Below the pieces are notes generated by a model. It had not been told where the DNA came from, did no database searches, and saw only the letters and a list, made by a program, of their open reading frames with translations. From the NCBI GenBank assembly GCA_016789725.1, contig JAEUQN010000004.1, positions 99 to 64,098 on the forward strand: a stretch of 64,000 bases of DNA, in the 5' to 3' direction. The DNA is from Blastocatellia bacterium. GTDB taxonomy: Bacteria > Acidobacteriota > Blastocatellia > RBC074. The stretch's first letter is position 1. Each line of letters opens with the position of its first letter. Of this stretch, positions 40,885-51,298 are shown piece by piece. A program made the position numbers and the translations under genes.

Positions 40885-41266
40885 TACCAACATTGTTTCT
40901 TACCTTTTCAAAGGCGACAGTCGAGCGGATCAATATGCCCCGCACCTGCTCCAGCAGGAATTAGCCATTTCGATGATGACTGTAGCAGAGTTATTTCAAT
41001 GGGCAGGAATACGCAATTGGGGAACGGTGCGAATCGCCCAGTTAGAGGCGCTACTGAACTCATATACGATCTTGCCGAGTGATTTGGAAACCTGTCGTAG
41101 CTGGGCAAATGTTCGCGTCGAACGCCACAATCTGGGACATCCGATTTCGCCTCAGGATGCGTGGATCGCAGCCACTGCATTGCGTTATGGAGTAAGTCTC
41201 GTCACACATAATCCAAGCGATTTTCAAAAGATTACAGGACTTTCAGTCATCACTGAAGCTACCTAA
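40865..41266 (+). CDS. vapC: PIN-domain ribonuclease toxin VapC
   Basis: MVLLDTNIVSY (first acidic residue), QDAWIAATAL and LVTHNPSDF motifs. Confidence 0.85.
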   Translation: MNMVLLDTNIVSYLFKGDSRADQYAPHLLQQELAISMMTVAELFQWAGIRNWGTVRIAQLEALLNSYTILPSDLETCRSWANVRVERHNLGHPISPQDAWIAATALRYGVSLVTHNPSDFQKITGLSVITEAT

Positions 41267-41301
41267 AAAACTAGAGGCCAGAAATGGTCTTTCTGGCCTC
41301 T
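41265..41301 (-). terminator. Rho-independent terminator downstream of acs (hairpin shared with the vapC end)
   Basis: 12-bp stem agaggccagaaa / tttctggcctct. T6 follows on the minus strand (plus-strand aaaaaa 41265-41270). Confidence 0.65.
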
Positions 41302-41326
41302 GGCTTAATCCTGACTCAAGCTCAGA

Positions 41327-43279
41327 TTACTCGTCATCATCGCGCAATTTCTCTAACACTGAAAAATCTTCCAGCGTCGTCGTATCGCCTGCGACTTTGC
41401 CGCTCGCAGCCAATTCGCGCAACAAGCGCCGCATGATCTTGCCTGACCGCGTTTTGGGCAGCATGTCCGTGAAGCGAATGTCGTCGGGTTTCGCAATCGC
41501 GCCGATTTCTTTCGCTACGTGATTGCGCAATTCGTTTTTCAATTCGTCACTTCCCTGCCGCCCGCCTTCCAGCGTCACGAAGGCCACTATCGCGGAGCCT
41601 TTCAAATCATCAGGTCGTCCCACGACGGCGGATTCCGCGACCATCGGATGCGAGACAAGGGCGCTTTCGACTTCAGCAGTGCCGAGGCGATGGCCAGCGA
41701 CGTTCAGCACATCATCCACGCGACCCATAATCCAGAAGTAGCCGTGATTGTCCTTGCGTGCCCCGTCGCCAGCGAAATAATAGCCGGGGATTTCTGACCA
41801 ATACTGTTGTTTGTATCGCTCATCGTCGCCCCAAATCGTGCGCAACATTCCTGGCCAGGGTTGTTTGATAACCAGATAGCCGCCTTCGTTCGCGCCGCAA
41901 CTCTTGCCTTCTTTTGTGATGACATCAATCGCAATGCCGGGAATCGGGCGTGTCGCTGTTCCCGGAACCGTTGGCGTCGCACCCGGCAGCGGCGAAATCA
42001 TGATGCCGCCGGTTTCGGTTTGCCACCACGTGTCTACAATCGGGCAATGGCCTTTGCCTATCGTTTGGTGATACCACATCCACGCTTCGGGATTGATCGG
42101 TTCGCCCACTGTGCCGAGCAGGCGCAGCGTTGTCAGATCGTGCTTGAGCACCCACTGCTCGCCCCATTTGATAAAGGCGCGAATCGCAGTCGGCGCGGTG
42201 TAGAAGATGTTCACCTTGTACTTGTCAATGATCTGCCAGAAGCGATCCGGGTTCGGCCAATTCGGCGCGCCTTCGTACATCAAACTCGTCGCGCCGTTCG
42301 CCAGCGGGCCATAGACAACATAGCTGTGCCCCGTCACCCAACCGATGTCCGCCGTACACCAATAGACATCTTCGTCTTTGAGATCAAAAACCCATTTCGT
42401 AGTCAGCGCGGCTTGCGTCAAATAGCCGCCCGTCGTGTGCAGAATACCTTTCGGTTTTCCAGTCGTGCCCGACGTGTACAAAATGAAGAGCGGATGTTCG
42501 CTGTCGAGTTGTTCGGCGTCGCATTTGTCATCCACAATTTCCATCATCTCGTGCCACCAGTGATCGCGCCCCGGCTGCATCGTGATTTGCGAGCCAGTGC
42601 GTTTGTATACAACGCACGATTGCACGGTCGGCGTATGATGCAACGCTTCATCCACTGCGGGTTTGAGCTTCACTTCACTGCCGCGCCGCCATCCGCCATC
42701 CGCTGTCACGACCAACTTACAACCGCAATCGTTGATGCGATCTTTCAGCGCGTCCGCTGAAAAGCCGCCGAAGATAATCGTATGCGTCGCGCCAATCCGC
42801 GCACACGCCAGCATTGCAATCGCCAACTCAGGAACCAGCGGCATGTACAACGCGATGCGGTCACCTTTCTGCGCGCCGAGTTTCTTCAGCACGTTCGCAA
42901 ACTTGCAGACTTCGGTGTGCAATTGTTGATACGTCAGCGTGCGCGTATCGCCCGGCTCGCCTTCCCAAATGATCGCCGCCTTGTTGCGCCGCCACGAAGT
43001 CAGATGCCGATCCAGACAGTTGTACGCGACATTCGTTTTGCCGCCGACGAACCATTTCGCAAAAGGCAAATTCCACTCCAACACCGTGTCCCATTTCTGA
43101 AACCAGTGCAGCGATTCCGCGTGCTTCGCCCAATAACTTTCCGGGTCAGCTTCAGCTTCGGCATAGAGGCGTTCGTATTCGTCCATGCCTTTGATATGTG
43201 CTTGCGAGACAAATTCTTCGGAAGGTGGAAATAAACGTGATTCGTTGAGGACAGATTCAATCGTAGTTGATTCAGACAT
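41327..43279 (-). CDS. acs: acetyl-CoA synthetase (acetate--CoA ligase)
   Basis: Start at ATG 43279 ([11 protein letters not shown]). Blocks [29 protein letters not shown] and [11 protein letters not shown]. Confidence 0.95.
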   Translation of the reverse strand: MSESTTIESVLNESRLFPPSEEFVSQAHIKGMDEYERLYAEAEADPESYWAKHAESLHWFQKWDTVLEWNLPFAKWFVGGKTNVAYNCLDRHLTSWRRNKAAIIWEGEPGDTRTLTYQQLHTEVCKFANVLKKLGAQKGDRIALYMPLVPELAIAMLACARIGATHTIIFGGFSADALKDRINDCGCKLVVTADGGWRRGSEVKLKPAVDEALHHTPTVQSCVVYKRTGSQITMQPGRDHWWHEMMEIVDDKCDAEQLDSEHPLFILYTSGTTGKPKGILHTTGGYLTQAALTTKWVFDLKDEDVYWCTADIGWVTGHSYVVYGPLANGATSLMYEGAPNWPNPDRFWQIIDKYKVNIFYTAPTAIRAFIKWGEQWVLKHDLTTLRLLGTVGEPINPEAWMWYHQTIGKGHCPIVDTWWQTETGGIMISPLPGATPTVPGTATRPIPGIAIDVITKEGKSCGANEGGYLVIKQPWPGMLRTIWGDDERYKQQYWSEIPGYYFAGDGARKDNHGYFWIMGRVDDVLNVAGHRLGTAEVESALVSHPMVAESAVVGRPDDLKGSAIVAFVTLEGGRQGSDELKNELRNHVAKEIGAIAKPDDIRFTDMLPKTRSGKIMRRLLRELAASGKVAGDTTTLEDFSVLEKLRDDDE

Positions 43280-43300
43280 TGTAGAAAGACCTTTCAGTTT

Positions 43301-43470
43301 GAAATCAAAAGCGGCTCGTCGCAAATCAAAAGGCAAATATCAAAAGGCAAACGGCAAAAGTTCATAAAGCACTTAAAACAACTGAAGACAAAATCAAAAG
43401 AAAAATAAAGTGCCGACCTTTTGCCGTCAGTTGCGACTGTTTGAGATTTGCCTTTTGCCTTTTGATTTTG
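43301..43470. repeat. 'caaaaggcaaa' repeat-rich imperfect palindrome between actP and acs
   Basis: aaatcaaaag occurs at 43302 and 43391 (with the near-copy aatcaaaagg at 43324), and its complement cttttgattt at 43460. acggcaaaag (43351-60) pairs with cttttgccgt (43418-27). There are multiple caaaaggcaaa units. Confidence 0.6.
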
Positions 43471-43492
43471 TGTGAAGCCTTTGCTTTCATCG

Positions 43493-45055
43493 CTAATGCG
43501 ATGTTGCTTTTTCTGCGCCGAGGCCCGTGTTCGCGCGCACATTCAATTCGTCATATTTCGCTTCAGCCGCTGGTTCGCGTCCAAGCATCGTTCCAATGAT
43601 CGCGCCTAAAAAGCCCAGCGGGATGCTAATAATCCCAGGATTTTCCAGCGGGAAAATCGGATTCGTTTTCATAACGCTTGGGCTAATAGAAATCAAGATC
43701 AACGACGCCAACAAGCCTGTCGCTAACCCCCCGACTGCCCCTTTGGTATTGAAGCGTTTCCAGAACAGCGAGAGCACGATGACCGGCAAGTTCGCTGAAG
43801 CGGCGACGGCAAAGGCCAGGGCAACTAAAAACGCAACGTTTGCGGTTGGCCCCAGTGCAATCGCTATCGCCATCGAAATTCCGCCTACCACAAAAGCCGT
43901 GATTTGCGCCACGCGGACTTCTTCGCGCGCCGTCGTTTCTTTGCCATGCTTCAAAACGTTCGTCCAGAAATCATGCGCAAACGACGTCGAAGCCGAAATC
44001 GTGAGCCCAGCGACGACCGCCAAAATCGTAGCGAATGCAATCGCCGAAATAAACGCAAAGAACACATCGCCCGCGATCACTTTTGCCAGCAACGGCGCAC
44101 TCATATTCGTGCCGCCGTTTTGGGCAATGAAATCGCGCCCGACAATCGTCGCCGCGCCAAAGCCAAGAAACGTCGTCAGGATATAAAACAGCCCGATGAT
44201 CGCCATCGCCCAAACAACACTGATGCGCGCGGTCTTCGCGTCCGGCACCGTGTAAAAGCGGATCAAAATATGTGGCAATCCAGCCGTGCCAAAAATCAGG
44301 GCGAGGCCCAGCGAAATCAAATCCAGCGCGCCGTACGGTGGTTTGTAGCGCAAACCCGGCGTCAAGAAATTCTGCGTCACCAAGTTGCCGGAAGCGTCGT
44401 GATATTGCACGTTCGCTACGGCATTGAAGAAATTGCCGAAGCTGAAGCCGAAATGTTTCAGCACCAGAAAGCTCAGCAAAATCGTGCCGCTCATCAACAA
44501 CACGGCTTTGATAATCTGCACCCACGTCGTCGCCAGCATTCCGCCAAACACAACGTACACGATCATCAAAAGACCTACGCCGATCACTGCGGTTTGAAAG
44601 CTGATGCCCGAATCTTTCAGCAACAACGACACCAGCGCGCCTGCGCCAACCATCTGCGCGATCATATAAAACGTGCTGACCGTCAACGTACTCAACGCGC
44701 CCATCGCTCGCACGGGTCGCGGTGACAAGCGATACGCCAGCACATCCGCCATCGTATATTTGCCCGCGTTGCGCAACGGTTCCGCCACGACTAATAGCAC
44801 CGTCAAATACGCCACCAGCCAGCCGACCGAATACATAAAGCCGTCGTAGCCCGAAAATGCGATCAGCCCCGCGATGCCTAAAAACGAGGCCGCGCTCATG
44901 TAATCGCCCGCGACGGCCAAGCCGTTTTGCCAACCGGTAATCGAACGCCCGGCGGCGAAATAGGCACTTGATCCCGACGATTTTCTCGCGGCCCAATACG
45001 TTACGCCCAGCGTGATAGCAATGAAGATCAGAAACATCAAAAGTGCTGCGGACAT
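43493..45055 (-). CDS. actP: cation/acetate symporter (SSS family)
   Basis: Start at ATG 45055. Multi-TM SSS-family sequence, with the classic DUF485-actP-acs arrangement. Confidence 0.9.
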   Translation of the reverse strand: MSAALLMFLIFIAITLGVTYWAARKSSGSSAYFAAGRSITGWQNGLAVAGDYMSAASFLGIAGLIAFSGYDGFMYSVGWLVAYLTVLLVVAEPLRNAGKYTMADVLAYRLSPRPVRAMGALSTLTVSTFYMIAQMVGAGALVSLLLKDSGISFQTAVIGVGLLMIVYVVFGGMLATTWVQIIKAVLLMSGTILLSFLVLKHFGFSFGNFFNAVANVQYHDASGNLVTQNFLTPGLRYKPPYGALDLISLGLALIFGTAGLPHILIRFYTVPDAKTARISVVWAMAIIGLFYILTTFLGFGAATIVGRDFIAQNGGTNMSAPLLAKVIAGDVFFAFISAIAFATILAVVAGLTISASTSFAHDFWTNVLKHGKETTAREEVRVAQITAFVVGGISMAIAIALGPTANVAFLVALAFAVAASANLPVIVLSLFWKRFNTKGAVGGLATGLLASLILISISPSVMKTNPIFPLENPGIISIPLGFLGAIIGTMLGREPAAEAKYDELNVRANTGLGAEKATSH

Positions 45056-45096
45056 GAAATCTCCTGAAAGAATGTGGCGCGATTTGCCAAATCGCA

Positions 45097-45417
45097 TTAC
45101 TTGCGAAGCTTGCCAATAATCTTCTCTGCCAGCGCGTCAAAGCGTCCGGCTTTTTTCACGTAAATGGCGGCCAATATCCACGCCATAAAAAATTGCGAGA
45201 GCGCGAATAAATACGCCAGATTCACAACACCGAAGATTTTCGTCTTCATCAACTCTGGGGCGTACCCCACCAACACCAGCAACGCGAAGTAATACACGAT
45301 GAAAAAAATCACGGCGGGCAAAATGAATTTGCGCTTCGTGACGACCAACGTTTTGAAGTCGTCCGTGTTTGCGATGTGTTCCCAGTCTTGGGGCGTCAGC
45401 TCTTCTTTCTCAGCCAT
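45097..45417 (-). CDS. DUF485 (YjcH-like) small membrane protein
   Basis: About 105 aa with two TM helices, immediately upstream of actP. Confidence 0.85.
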   Translation of the reverse strand: MAEKEELTPQDWEHIANTDDFKTLVVTKRKFILPAVIFFIVYYFALLVLVGYAPELMKTKIFGVVNLAYLFALSQFFMAWILAAIYVKKAGRFDALAEKIIGKLRK

Positions 45418-45500
45418 TGAGAGGTACTCCACTTGATCAGATTTGAATTACAGGAATGCGTATCTACGGCGGGCATTATAGGCGAAGGCGCACAAACACA

Positions 45501-45530
45501 AAAGGTGACACCGTGATTGGTGTCACCTTT
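45501..45530 (-). terminator. terminator-like hairpin after ORF 45563..45994
   Basis: 12-bp perfect stem aaaggtgacacc / ggtgtcaccttt, followed on the minus strand by a T-rich run ttgtgtttgtg. Confidence 0.5.
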
Positions 45531-45562
45531 ACGAAAGCGAATGACTTTGAAGTGCCAGACTC

Positions 45563-45994
45563 CTAATCCGCTTTTTTCGCCCAGCGCGCAAACAAGTTCC
45601 GGCGGCTTTCCAGAATTTGTTTGGCCTTTGGCTGTTTCATCGCCAGTGTTTCCAGATGGGCCATATAGCTGGCTTCGCCAAACATTTCGCGCACTTCCGC
45701 AATGAATGGTTCAAGTTTGGAAAAAACGCCAAGGTATTCGCTGCCAGCCTCAGTGAATAGTTTTTCATCAATGCCACCATTGTTCACGAATGACGCCGCC
45801 ATATCCCAGTATGATGTAATCATTCGGTAATACGCGCTCGGCTCTTGTCCGCTGAGCATGAGTTTCGCAATGTCGGCTGCACTTTGTGGCTGAAATTCGG
45901 TGAAGTACCACACGCGCGCGGCGCGCATCTTTTCCTCACGGCGCAGTTCATAAAGTTTCAGAATAGCCAGTACATCCTGTTGTTTCGATTCCAT
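45563..45994 (-). CDS. hypothetical cytoplasmic protein
   Basis: 143-aa helical ORF with protein-like composition. No family recognised. Confidence 0.55.
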   Translation of the reverse strand: MESKQQDVLAILKLYELRREEKMRAARVWYFTEFQPQSAADIAKLMLSGQEPSAYYRMITSYWDMAASFVNNGGIDEKLFTEAGSEYLGVFSKLEPFIAEVREMFGEASYMAHLETLAMKQPKAKQILESRRNLFARWAKKAD

Positions 45995-46007
45995 GTGATG
46001 AGTCCTT

Positions 46008-46706
46008 TCATTGTGCTTGAGTCGTGGTTTTCAGACTTGCCAGCAACGTGCGGCTGGATGAGTTTATCAACGCGCGGCACAGTTTCAGATTTTCATTCGC
46101 GGCTGTCAATTGCCCGTTCGATTGATATAGCGCCAGCTTGAATTCGCTCACAGCTTCATCGTAGCGGCCCCGCAAGGCCAGCAGTACGCCCAAATTGTTA
46201 TGTCCGCCGGGAAACGCTTTGCCAGTGTATTTGATCGCCTGTCGCAGCTTTTTTGCCGCTGTCTCCTGATCGCCTTCGCGCGCCAGCAATAACGCCCATT
46301 GAAAAAGCGCTTCAGCATCGCGTCCGCCTGATGCTTCGACTGCCTGCGCAAAGGCGATTTGAGCTTCCTTCCAATCGCGTAGCTCATTTAACACGAGACC
46401 GAGGGCAAAAGAAGCTTTCACGTAATGCCCGTTTTTCAGATGGATTGCGGCTCGATAGGAAGCAACCGATTCTTTCAACTGTCCCAACTGATGATAACAA
46501 ACACCCATATTGAAATGAGCTATCGGCTGATATTCGTGCGACCACGAAGCGACCACACGATACTGCGCGATCGCCATTTCGTACTGCCCCAACCCGAAGA
46601 ACCGATTCCCTTGTTCCAAGGCGTTGTCGCCGCTCTGTGCGTGCGCCGCAACCAACCCCACAAATGCGAAAAGAGAAAGAAACACATAAGCTTTGAATGT
46701 TGACAC
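46008..46706 (-). CDS. secreted tetratricopeptide repeat protein
   Basis: Signal peptide. Several 34-aa TPR units with the A..Y..A pattern. Confidence 0.8.
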   Translation of the reverse strand: MSTFKAYVFLSLFAFVGLVAAHAQSGDNALEQGNRFFGLGQYEMAIAQYRVVASWSHEYQPIAHFNMGVCYHQLGQLKESVASYRAAIHLKNGHYVKASFALGLVLNELRDWKEAQIAFAQAVEASGGRDAEALFQWALLLAREGDQETAAKKLRQAIKYTGKAFPGGHNNLGVLLALRGRYDEAVSEFKLALYQSNGQLTAANENLKLCRALINSSSRTLLASLKTTTQAQ

Positions 46707-46888
46707 ATTTCCTCCAGGTTCATGTTGTTCTTGTTCGATTGGTGGAAAGTGTAAAAGACAATGATTGCGGCGTCTTTCGACGGCTTGCTAATTTTTACGC
46801 GAGCTTGCGGTGATGTTTTGAGATGGTTCGACCAACGGGCAGGCGCAAGATTTGCCGGACACGCAATTGCCAACTGACCTAAAATCAA

Positions 46889-46929
46889 CACTCGCCAGAC
46901 GCGGCTCACAGGTCAGCATCTGGCGAGTG
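46889..46929 (-). terminator. terminator-like hairpin after the TonB-dependent receptor gene
   Basis: 11-bp stem cactcgccaga / tctggcgagtg, with T-rich tracts on both sides. Confidence 0.45.
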
Positions 46930-46978
46930 GTTGTTTTCGATAGCTTCAAAGCTAGTTGGCTATTCTTTCAAAATAAAA

Positions 46979-49900
46979 TCAGAAATATAACCGCGCCGCG
47001 AATTGCACCTGGCGCGGGTCTTCGGTAGTCGTAATCACGCCAAAATTCGCGCCGCCCAATGTGGTTCCGGGCGCTTGGAAATTCGCGCGATTGAGCAGAT
47101 TGAACGCCTCCGCACGAATTTGCAATTTCGTATGCTCCGTAAATTTGAAATCGCGCTGCAACGAAAAGTTCGCCGCCAGATAACTGGGGCTGCGCAAATC
47201 GGGCAACGTGCGCGGCGTGTTGCCAAAGCTGTAGGGTACAGGCTGCGCGAACGCCGTCGTATTAAAATATTGCTTGATGCGATCCGCTTTGGAACCGCTG
47301 CTGACAAGGTAGTTCCCTACGATATTAGGCCGCAAAGAATTGAACGCCAGCCCTTGCACCGAAGCGTTGGTCGCGCTGATTGAAAGCGGGAAGCCGCTCT
47401 GCGCCTGCACAATGGTGTTCACCGCAAATCCGCCAATGATTTTGCCGAGTACGCCTTCTTGCAGAAAACGTTGTTCGCGTCCGAACGGCAATTGCCACGT
47501 CACATCGCCAATGAAGCGATGGCGCACATCGAAATTCGAGAGTGATTTATCTGCGCGCCGGTTGTGATAATCCTGAAAATATTGCACCTGAATCGTCTGA
47601 TTGTTCAGCGACATCGAAGTCAGATCATCAATCAGCTTCGAGAACGAATACGCCGCGCTGAACGTCACGCTACTCGTCACACGCCGCGCGACGGTAAGTT
47701 GCAGCGAGTGATACGTCGAGTGCGATTCGTTCTGGCTGTAAGAAACGATATTGCCAAATTGCGGATATGGGCGCAGCAGTTGTGCCACGGTCACGGTCGA
47801 ACGCCCCAGAATCGAAGTCGAAGCCGGACGCTGATCCGTCGGCAAATTCAGAAACGGATTCGTCACGGTCAGATTGCCGAGCGGAACGCCGTTCACCACT
47901 TTGCTGGCCAGCGCAATCGCTTCGGGCGAAAGCTGATTGATGTCGGTTGCGCCGCTGAGCAAACCGATGCCCGCGTTTCCGGCGTATGCGACTTCCAGAT
48001 TGATTTTGCCAGGCAATTCGCGCTGCACATTCAGGTTCCATTGCGCGATGAACGGCTGACGAATGTTGCGCAAACGAACCGGAACCGATTGCCGTCCATA
48101 GCCGGTCAAGGGCCCCAAATAATCATTGGTTGGGGCGACGATGCCCGACGGAAAGGGGTTGCTGAGATTCGTTCCGGCAACTGGACTAATGCCATTGTTG
48201 AGCGAGGCGATGAACGGCGTTTCAGCCAAACCATCCATTGCGGCTGTGACGATATTGAATCCGCCACCACCAAGCGGTGCATACAAAATCGCACCGCCGG
48301 AGCGAATCACGGTTTTCTCATTCAGCTTGTATGCCAATCCCACACGCGGGCCGAAGTTGTTGTAATCGTGATCGTAGTTTTCGCGCGTCTTGACGCCGCC
48401 GCGCCCGACCGGAGTGACGACACCACGCAACGCAATCGCGCGCGTTCCCAACCCCGTTGCATCAGGAAAGGCGACTGAAACGTGGTTGATCGGAAACGCC
48501 GCTTGGTCATCAAAATTCAGCAGCCGATTGAAGCGTTCGGTGTTGCCCGTTTCAAATTCCCAGCGCAAGCCGAGATTCAGCGTCAATCGCTCATTCACCT
48601 TCCAATCATCCTGCACAAAAGCCGCGTAATACTTGCTTTGCAATGCGGGTTGCGGCGCAATTGCCAATCGTCCTGAAGCCGGATTGCCAAGCAACAACGC
48701 AGCAATCGCATCGCCTGTTTGCGGCGTGGTTTCGACCGGCACGCGCTGCGTAAAGTTGCGCGCGAAGGTGAAGTTGCCAGCCGGATCATCCGGGCGATAG
48801 TTGTACATCCGATAGATGCGTTCGTTCGCGCCAAACTTCAGCGCGTGATTGCCGCGCAACCAACTCACATCCTGATTCAAACTGTAGACATCCTGATTGT
48901 TGTTATAGAAGCCAAAATTGCGCGGCGGCCCCAATGATGTGTAACCCGCCGGATTCAGCGTCGGGAAAATGCCCGTGTCGTCCGAAGCGTTCTTCACATA
49001 CGCAGGCAAGCCCAAACTGGTCACATCAAAGCCGCGCGAAAAATGGATCGCGTCGTTATTGAAGCGCGTCATTCCGGCGTTCAGATGCAGCACGACTTTC
49101 GATGACAACGTGTTCACGTAATTGACAACATGCGTTCCTGGCACGGACGTTTGCTTTGGGTTCTGAATCGGCGAAGCAATGCTGGTCGGAAAGGGGCCGG
49201 AATTGTAGAGCGTGATCTGGTCTTTGATGATGCGCCAGAATATTTGCTGCGTCGAAGAAAGGTTGTAATCCACGCGCGCCGTAATCTGATAACTGTCGTT
49301 CGTCGCAATCGTATTGGCAATGTAGTTGTTGCTGAAGCCCAAGCCGTTCGCGTTGCGTACGCCCGCCGCATTCGGCAGCGGAAAATACGCGACCGCCGCA
49401 CGTCCCACTGGATTGATGAGCGCATCAGGAATGATGTTGTCCGCAAACGCCACGCGCGAACCTGCACCCGGTTGTCCGGCAGGAACGACTGTCCCCGGCA
49501 CATAAATCTGGCCGATGCGTGCGGGGATCAATTGGCCGCGCGTGTCTACAACTGTCGCACCCGGAATCGTTGCGCCGAGCAATTCAGAAAAATCGCCGCT
49601 GCGCATTTTCGCTGTGGGCACAGCCGAAGGAGTTTGTTTGGTTTGCGAAATCCGCAGCGCTTCGTAGTTGAAAAAGAAAAACAGCTTTTTGCTTTTGCCA
49701 ACGCCCGGCAGCCACACGGGGCCGCCGACATTGCCGCCGAACTGATTGAAGCGCAGTTTTTCCTTCACGCCGTTCGGATTCGCATTCACAAAAAAGCTGC
49801 GCGCGTCGAAGGCATCGTTACGGAGATATTCAAATAGCGTCGCGCGAAATTCAGTCGAGCCGGAACGGGTCGAGAAATTCAATGCGCCGCCGCCCGTGCG

Positions 49901-50605
49901 TCCGTATTCCGCTGGAAACGAATTCGTCACGATTTGAAATTCCTGCACGGCATCGGGCGAAGGCCGCAGCGAAATACGATTGTCGCCTTTGTTCGCCAGC
50001 GGAATGCCGTCTACAAAAGCTTCTGTGTTGAGCGTGCGTCCACCATTGATTGAAATTTCGCCCGATGCCGTCAAATCAGGGTTTGCGCCGCGTGAGCCGG
50101 GGGCAGAGGCCACGCCGATTTCCAGTTGTGCAAGCTGAAACACGTTGCGTCCGTTGAGCGGCAGGACTTCGACACGTTGCCGTCCGACGATGCCACCGAG
50201 CGCGCTGGTGGTCGTGTCGAGATTGACAGGTTCGGTGGCTGTGATGTTTACGGTTTCCGCTACGTCACCGGGCGCGAGTTGTAGATTGAATTCAGCGGTT
50301 TGCCCCACTTCTAAAATGACGTTTGGTTTGCGTGAAATTTTGAAGCCCTGCGCTTGTGCTTCGATGGCGTAAGTGCCGGGGACAAGAAACGTAAAACTGT
50401 AATGACCGCCTTCGTCCGTCACGAATGTTTTCTGCAAGCCAGTCGCTGCATTCGTGAGCGTTACGGTTGCGCCGGACAAAACTTGATCGTTGCCATCGCT
50501 GATGATGCCTTTGAGCGTGGCCGTAGCGGTTTGCGCTTGCGTCACCCAAGAGAAGGTCAGCACAGCGAAAATGAAGAGCAGAGAGCGAATCTTAGAGAGC
50601 AGCAT
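46979..50605 (-). CDS. TonB-dependent receptor with N-terminal CarboxypepD_reg-like domain
   Basis: Start moved to ATG 50605 (MLLSKIRSLLFIFAVLTFSWVTQAQTATA). TLKGIISDGNDQVLSGATVTLTN...GGHYSFTFLVPGTYAIEA is the carboxypeptidase-regulatory fold. A long barrel follows, ending in QFAARLYF. Confidence 0.9.
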   Translation of the reverse strand: MLLSKIRSLLFIFAVLTFSWVTQAQTATATLKGIISDGNDQVLSGATVTLTNAATGLQKTFVTDEGGHYSFTFLVPGTYAIEAQAQGFKISRKPNVILEVGQTAEFNLQLAPGDVAETVNITATEPVNLDTTTSALGGIVGRQRVEVLPLNGRNVFQLAQLEIGVASAPGSRGANPDLTASGEISINGGRTLNTEAFVDGIPLANKGDNRISLRPSPDAVQEFQIVTNSFPAEYGRTGGGALNFSTRSGSTEFRATLFEYLRNDAFDARSFFVNANPNGVKEKLRFNQFGGNVGGPVWLPGVGKSKKLFFFFNYEALRISQTKQTPSAVPTAKMRSGDFSELLGATIPGATVVDTRGQLIPARIGQIYVPGTVVPAGQPGAGSRVAFADNIIPDALINPVGRAAVAYFPLPNAAGVRNANGLGFSNNYIANTIATNDSYQITARVDYNLSSTQQIFWRIIKDQITLYNSGPFPTSIASPIQNPKQTSVPGTHVVNYVNTLSSKVVLHLNAGMTRFNNDAIHFSRGFDVTSLGLPAYVKNASDDTGIFPTLNPAGYTSLGPPRNFGFYNNNQDVYSLNQDVSWLRGNHALKFGANERIYRMYNYRPDDPAGNFTFARNFTQRVPVETTPQTGDAIAALLLGNPASGRLAIAPQPALQSKYYAAFVQDDWKVNERLTLNLGLRWEFETGNTERFNRLLNFDDQAAFPINHVSVAFPDATGLGTRAIALRGVVTPVGRGGVKTRENYDHDYNNFGPRVGLAYKLNEKTVIRSGGAILYAPLGGGGFNIVTAAMDGLAETPFIASLNNGISPVAGTNLSNPFPSGIVAPTNDYLGPLTGYGRQSVPVRLRNIRQPFIAQWNLNVQRELPGKINLEVAYAGNAGIGLLSGATDINQLSPEAIALASKVVNGVPLGNLTVTNPFLNLPTDQRPASTSILGRSTVTVAQLLRPYPQFGNIVSYSQNESHSTYHSLQLTVARRVTSSVTFSAAYSFSKLIDDLTSMSLNNQTIQVQYFQDYHNRRADKSLSNFDVRHRFIGDVTWQLPFGREQRFLQEGVLGKIIGGFAVNTIVQAQSGFPLSISATNASVQGLAFNSLRPNIVGNYLVSSGSKADRIKQYFNTTAFAQPVPYSFGNTPRTLPDLRSPSYLAANFSLQRDFKFTEHTKLQIRAEAFNLLNRANFQAPGTTLGGANFGVITTTEDPRQVQFAARLYF

Positions 50606-50615
50606 AACGGGTTCC

Positions 50616-51086
50616 TTATAAAGTTGAGGTCGTAAATGTTCGGGGTGAAAGTAAGAGTTCCGGGTTGGCGAGCGCCGCCAAGCGACGACGTGCCAGCCGC
50701 AATAATTCGTAGCCGCCGCAAGGCATCGCGCGATAAGCGGACAACACGCCTGCCAAGTCAGGCGCATTCGTGAGCCGCGTGATATCCACCAAAATCGAAA
50801 TGGCCTCGCAGTTCTGGCTGGCACGCAGTTGAGAAAGCACGGCGCGCAACGAATCAGGCGCGACATCCACAATAGCTAAATCGTGATCACACCAACACGC
50901 GCGATGATCTTCTGCAAATAGATGCACAACCGTGACGGCGATTTGATCCTGGCTGAGCGCGGCGTGTAAGTGCGATGCGCCCATGACGGAATCGGTAATG
51001 ATGATGACTCTTGGTCGTGTCGTTGTGGGCGCGAACGGTTGGTTCCACTGGTGAAATGCTTTTGTTGTTGGTACTGCTGTATTCAT
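50616..51086 (-). CDS. hypothetical protein, CheY-receiver-like topology with incomplete acidic pocket
   Basis: The pattern RVIIITDS ... HDLAIVDV ... ISILVDI mimics receiver beta1/beta3/beta4, but the DD pair and the conserved Lys are not evident. It ends 10 nt before the TonB-receptor start. Confidence 0.45.
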   Translation of the reverse strand: MNTAVPTTKAFHQWNQPFAPTTTRPRVIIITDSVMGASHLHAALSQDQIAVTVVHLFAEDHRACWCDHDLAIVDVAPDSLRAVLSQLRASQNCEAISILVDITRLTNAPDLAGVLSAYRAMPCGGYELLRLARRRLAALANPELLLSPRTFTTSTL

Positions 51087-51095
51087 AACACCTCT

Positions 51096-51138
51096 GAAAA
51101 AAGAAAACCCGTTATCGGTTGGGAAACCTGATAACGGG
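51096..51138 (-). terminator. Rho-independent terminator closing the cys/Tmk-like transcription unit
   Basis: Stem cccgttatc / gataacggg, followed on the minus strand by ttttcttttttc. Confidence 0.7.
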
Positions 51139-51298
51139 TCAGTCGCTTACAATCTTGCACAACGTTATTCCCTGCGATCAGGCTTGTGGTGGAGCGTCCA
51201 GAAACACATACAGCGTCCTGGACAACAACACAGACAGCTTGTCGGCGTCGGAAAAGAAAAAGCGTACAAGAGATTTTTTGTGATTCGTTTCATGACGA

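Noticed and set aside
41807-42760. 317-aa plus-strand ORF inside acs
   Set aside because: It is antisense to a gene with unambiguous acetyl-CoA synthetase motifs, and its composition is low-complexity and Arg-rich.
43904-45140. Long alternative-frame ORFs (273 aa on plus, 389 aa on minus) across actP
   Set aside because: The actP frame gives a coherent multi-TM SSS transporter. The alternatives are Arg-rich with no motifs, typical of off-frame ORFs in GC-rich coding DNA.
41327-45417. DUF485-actP-acs cluster as something novel
   Set aside because: This is the standard acetate uptake and activation arrangement found widely in bacteria. Only the repeat-rich spacer is noteworthy, and it is reported separately.
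50606-50872. 89-codon N-terminal extension of the TonB-receptor ORF (track start at 50872)
   Set aside because: The extension has no signal peptide and overlaps the receiver-like ORF in another frame. The ATG at 50605 gives a canonical signal peptide directly followed by the CarboxypepD_reg domain.
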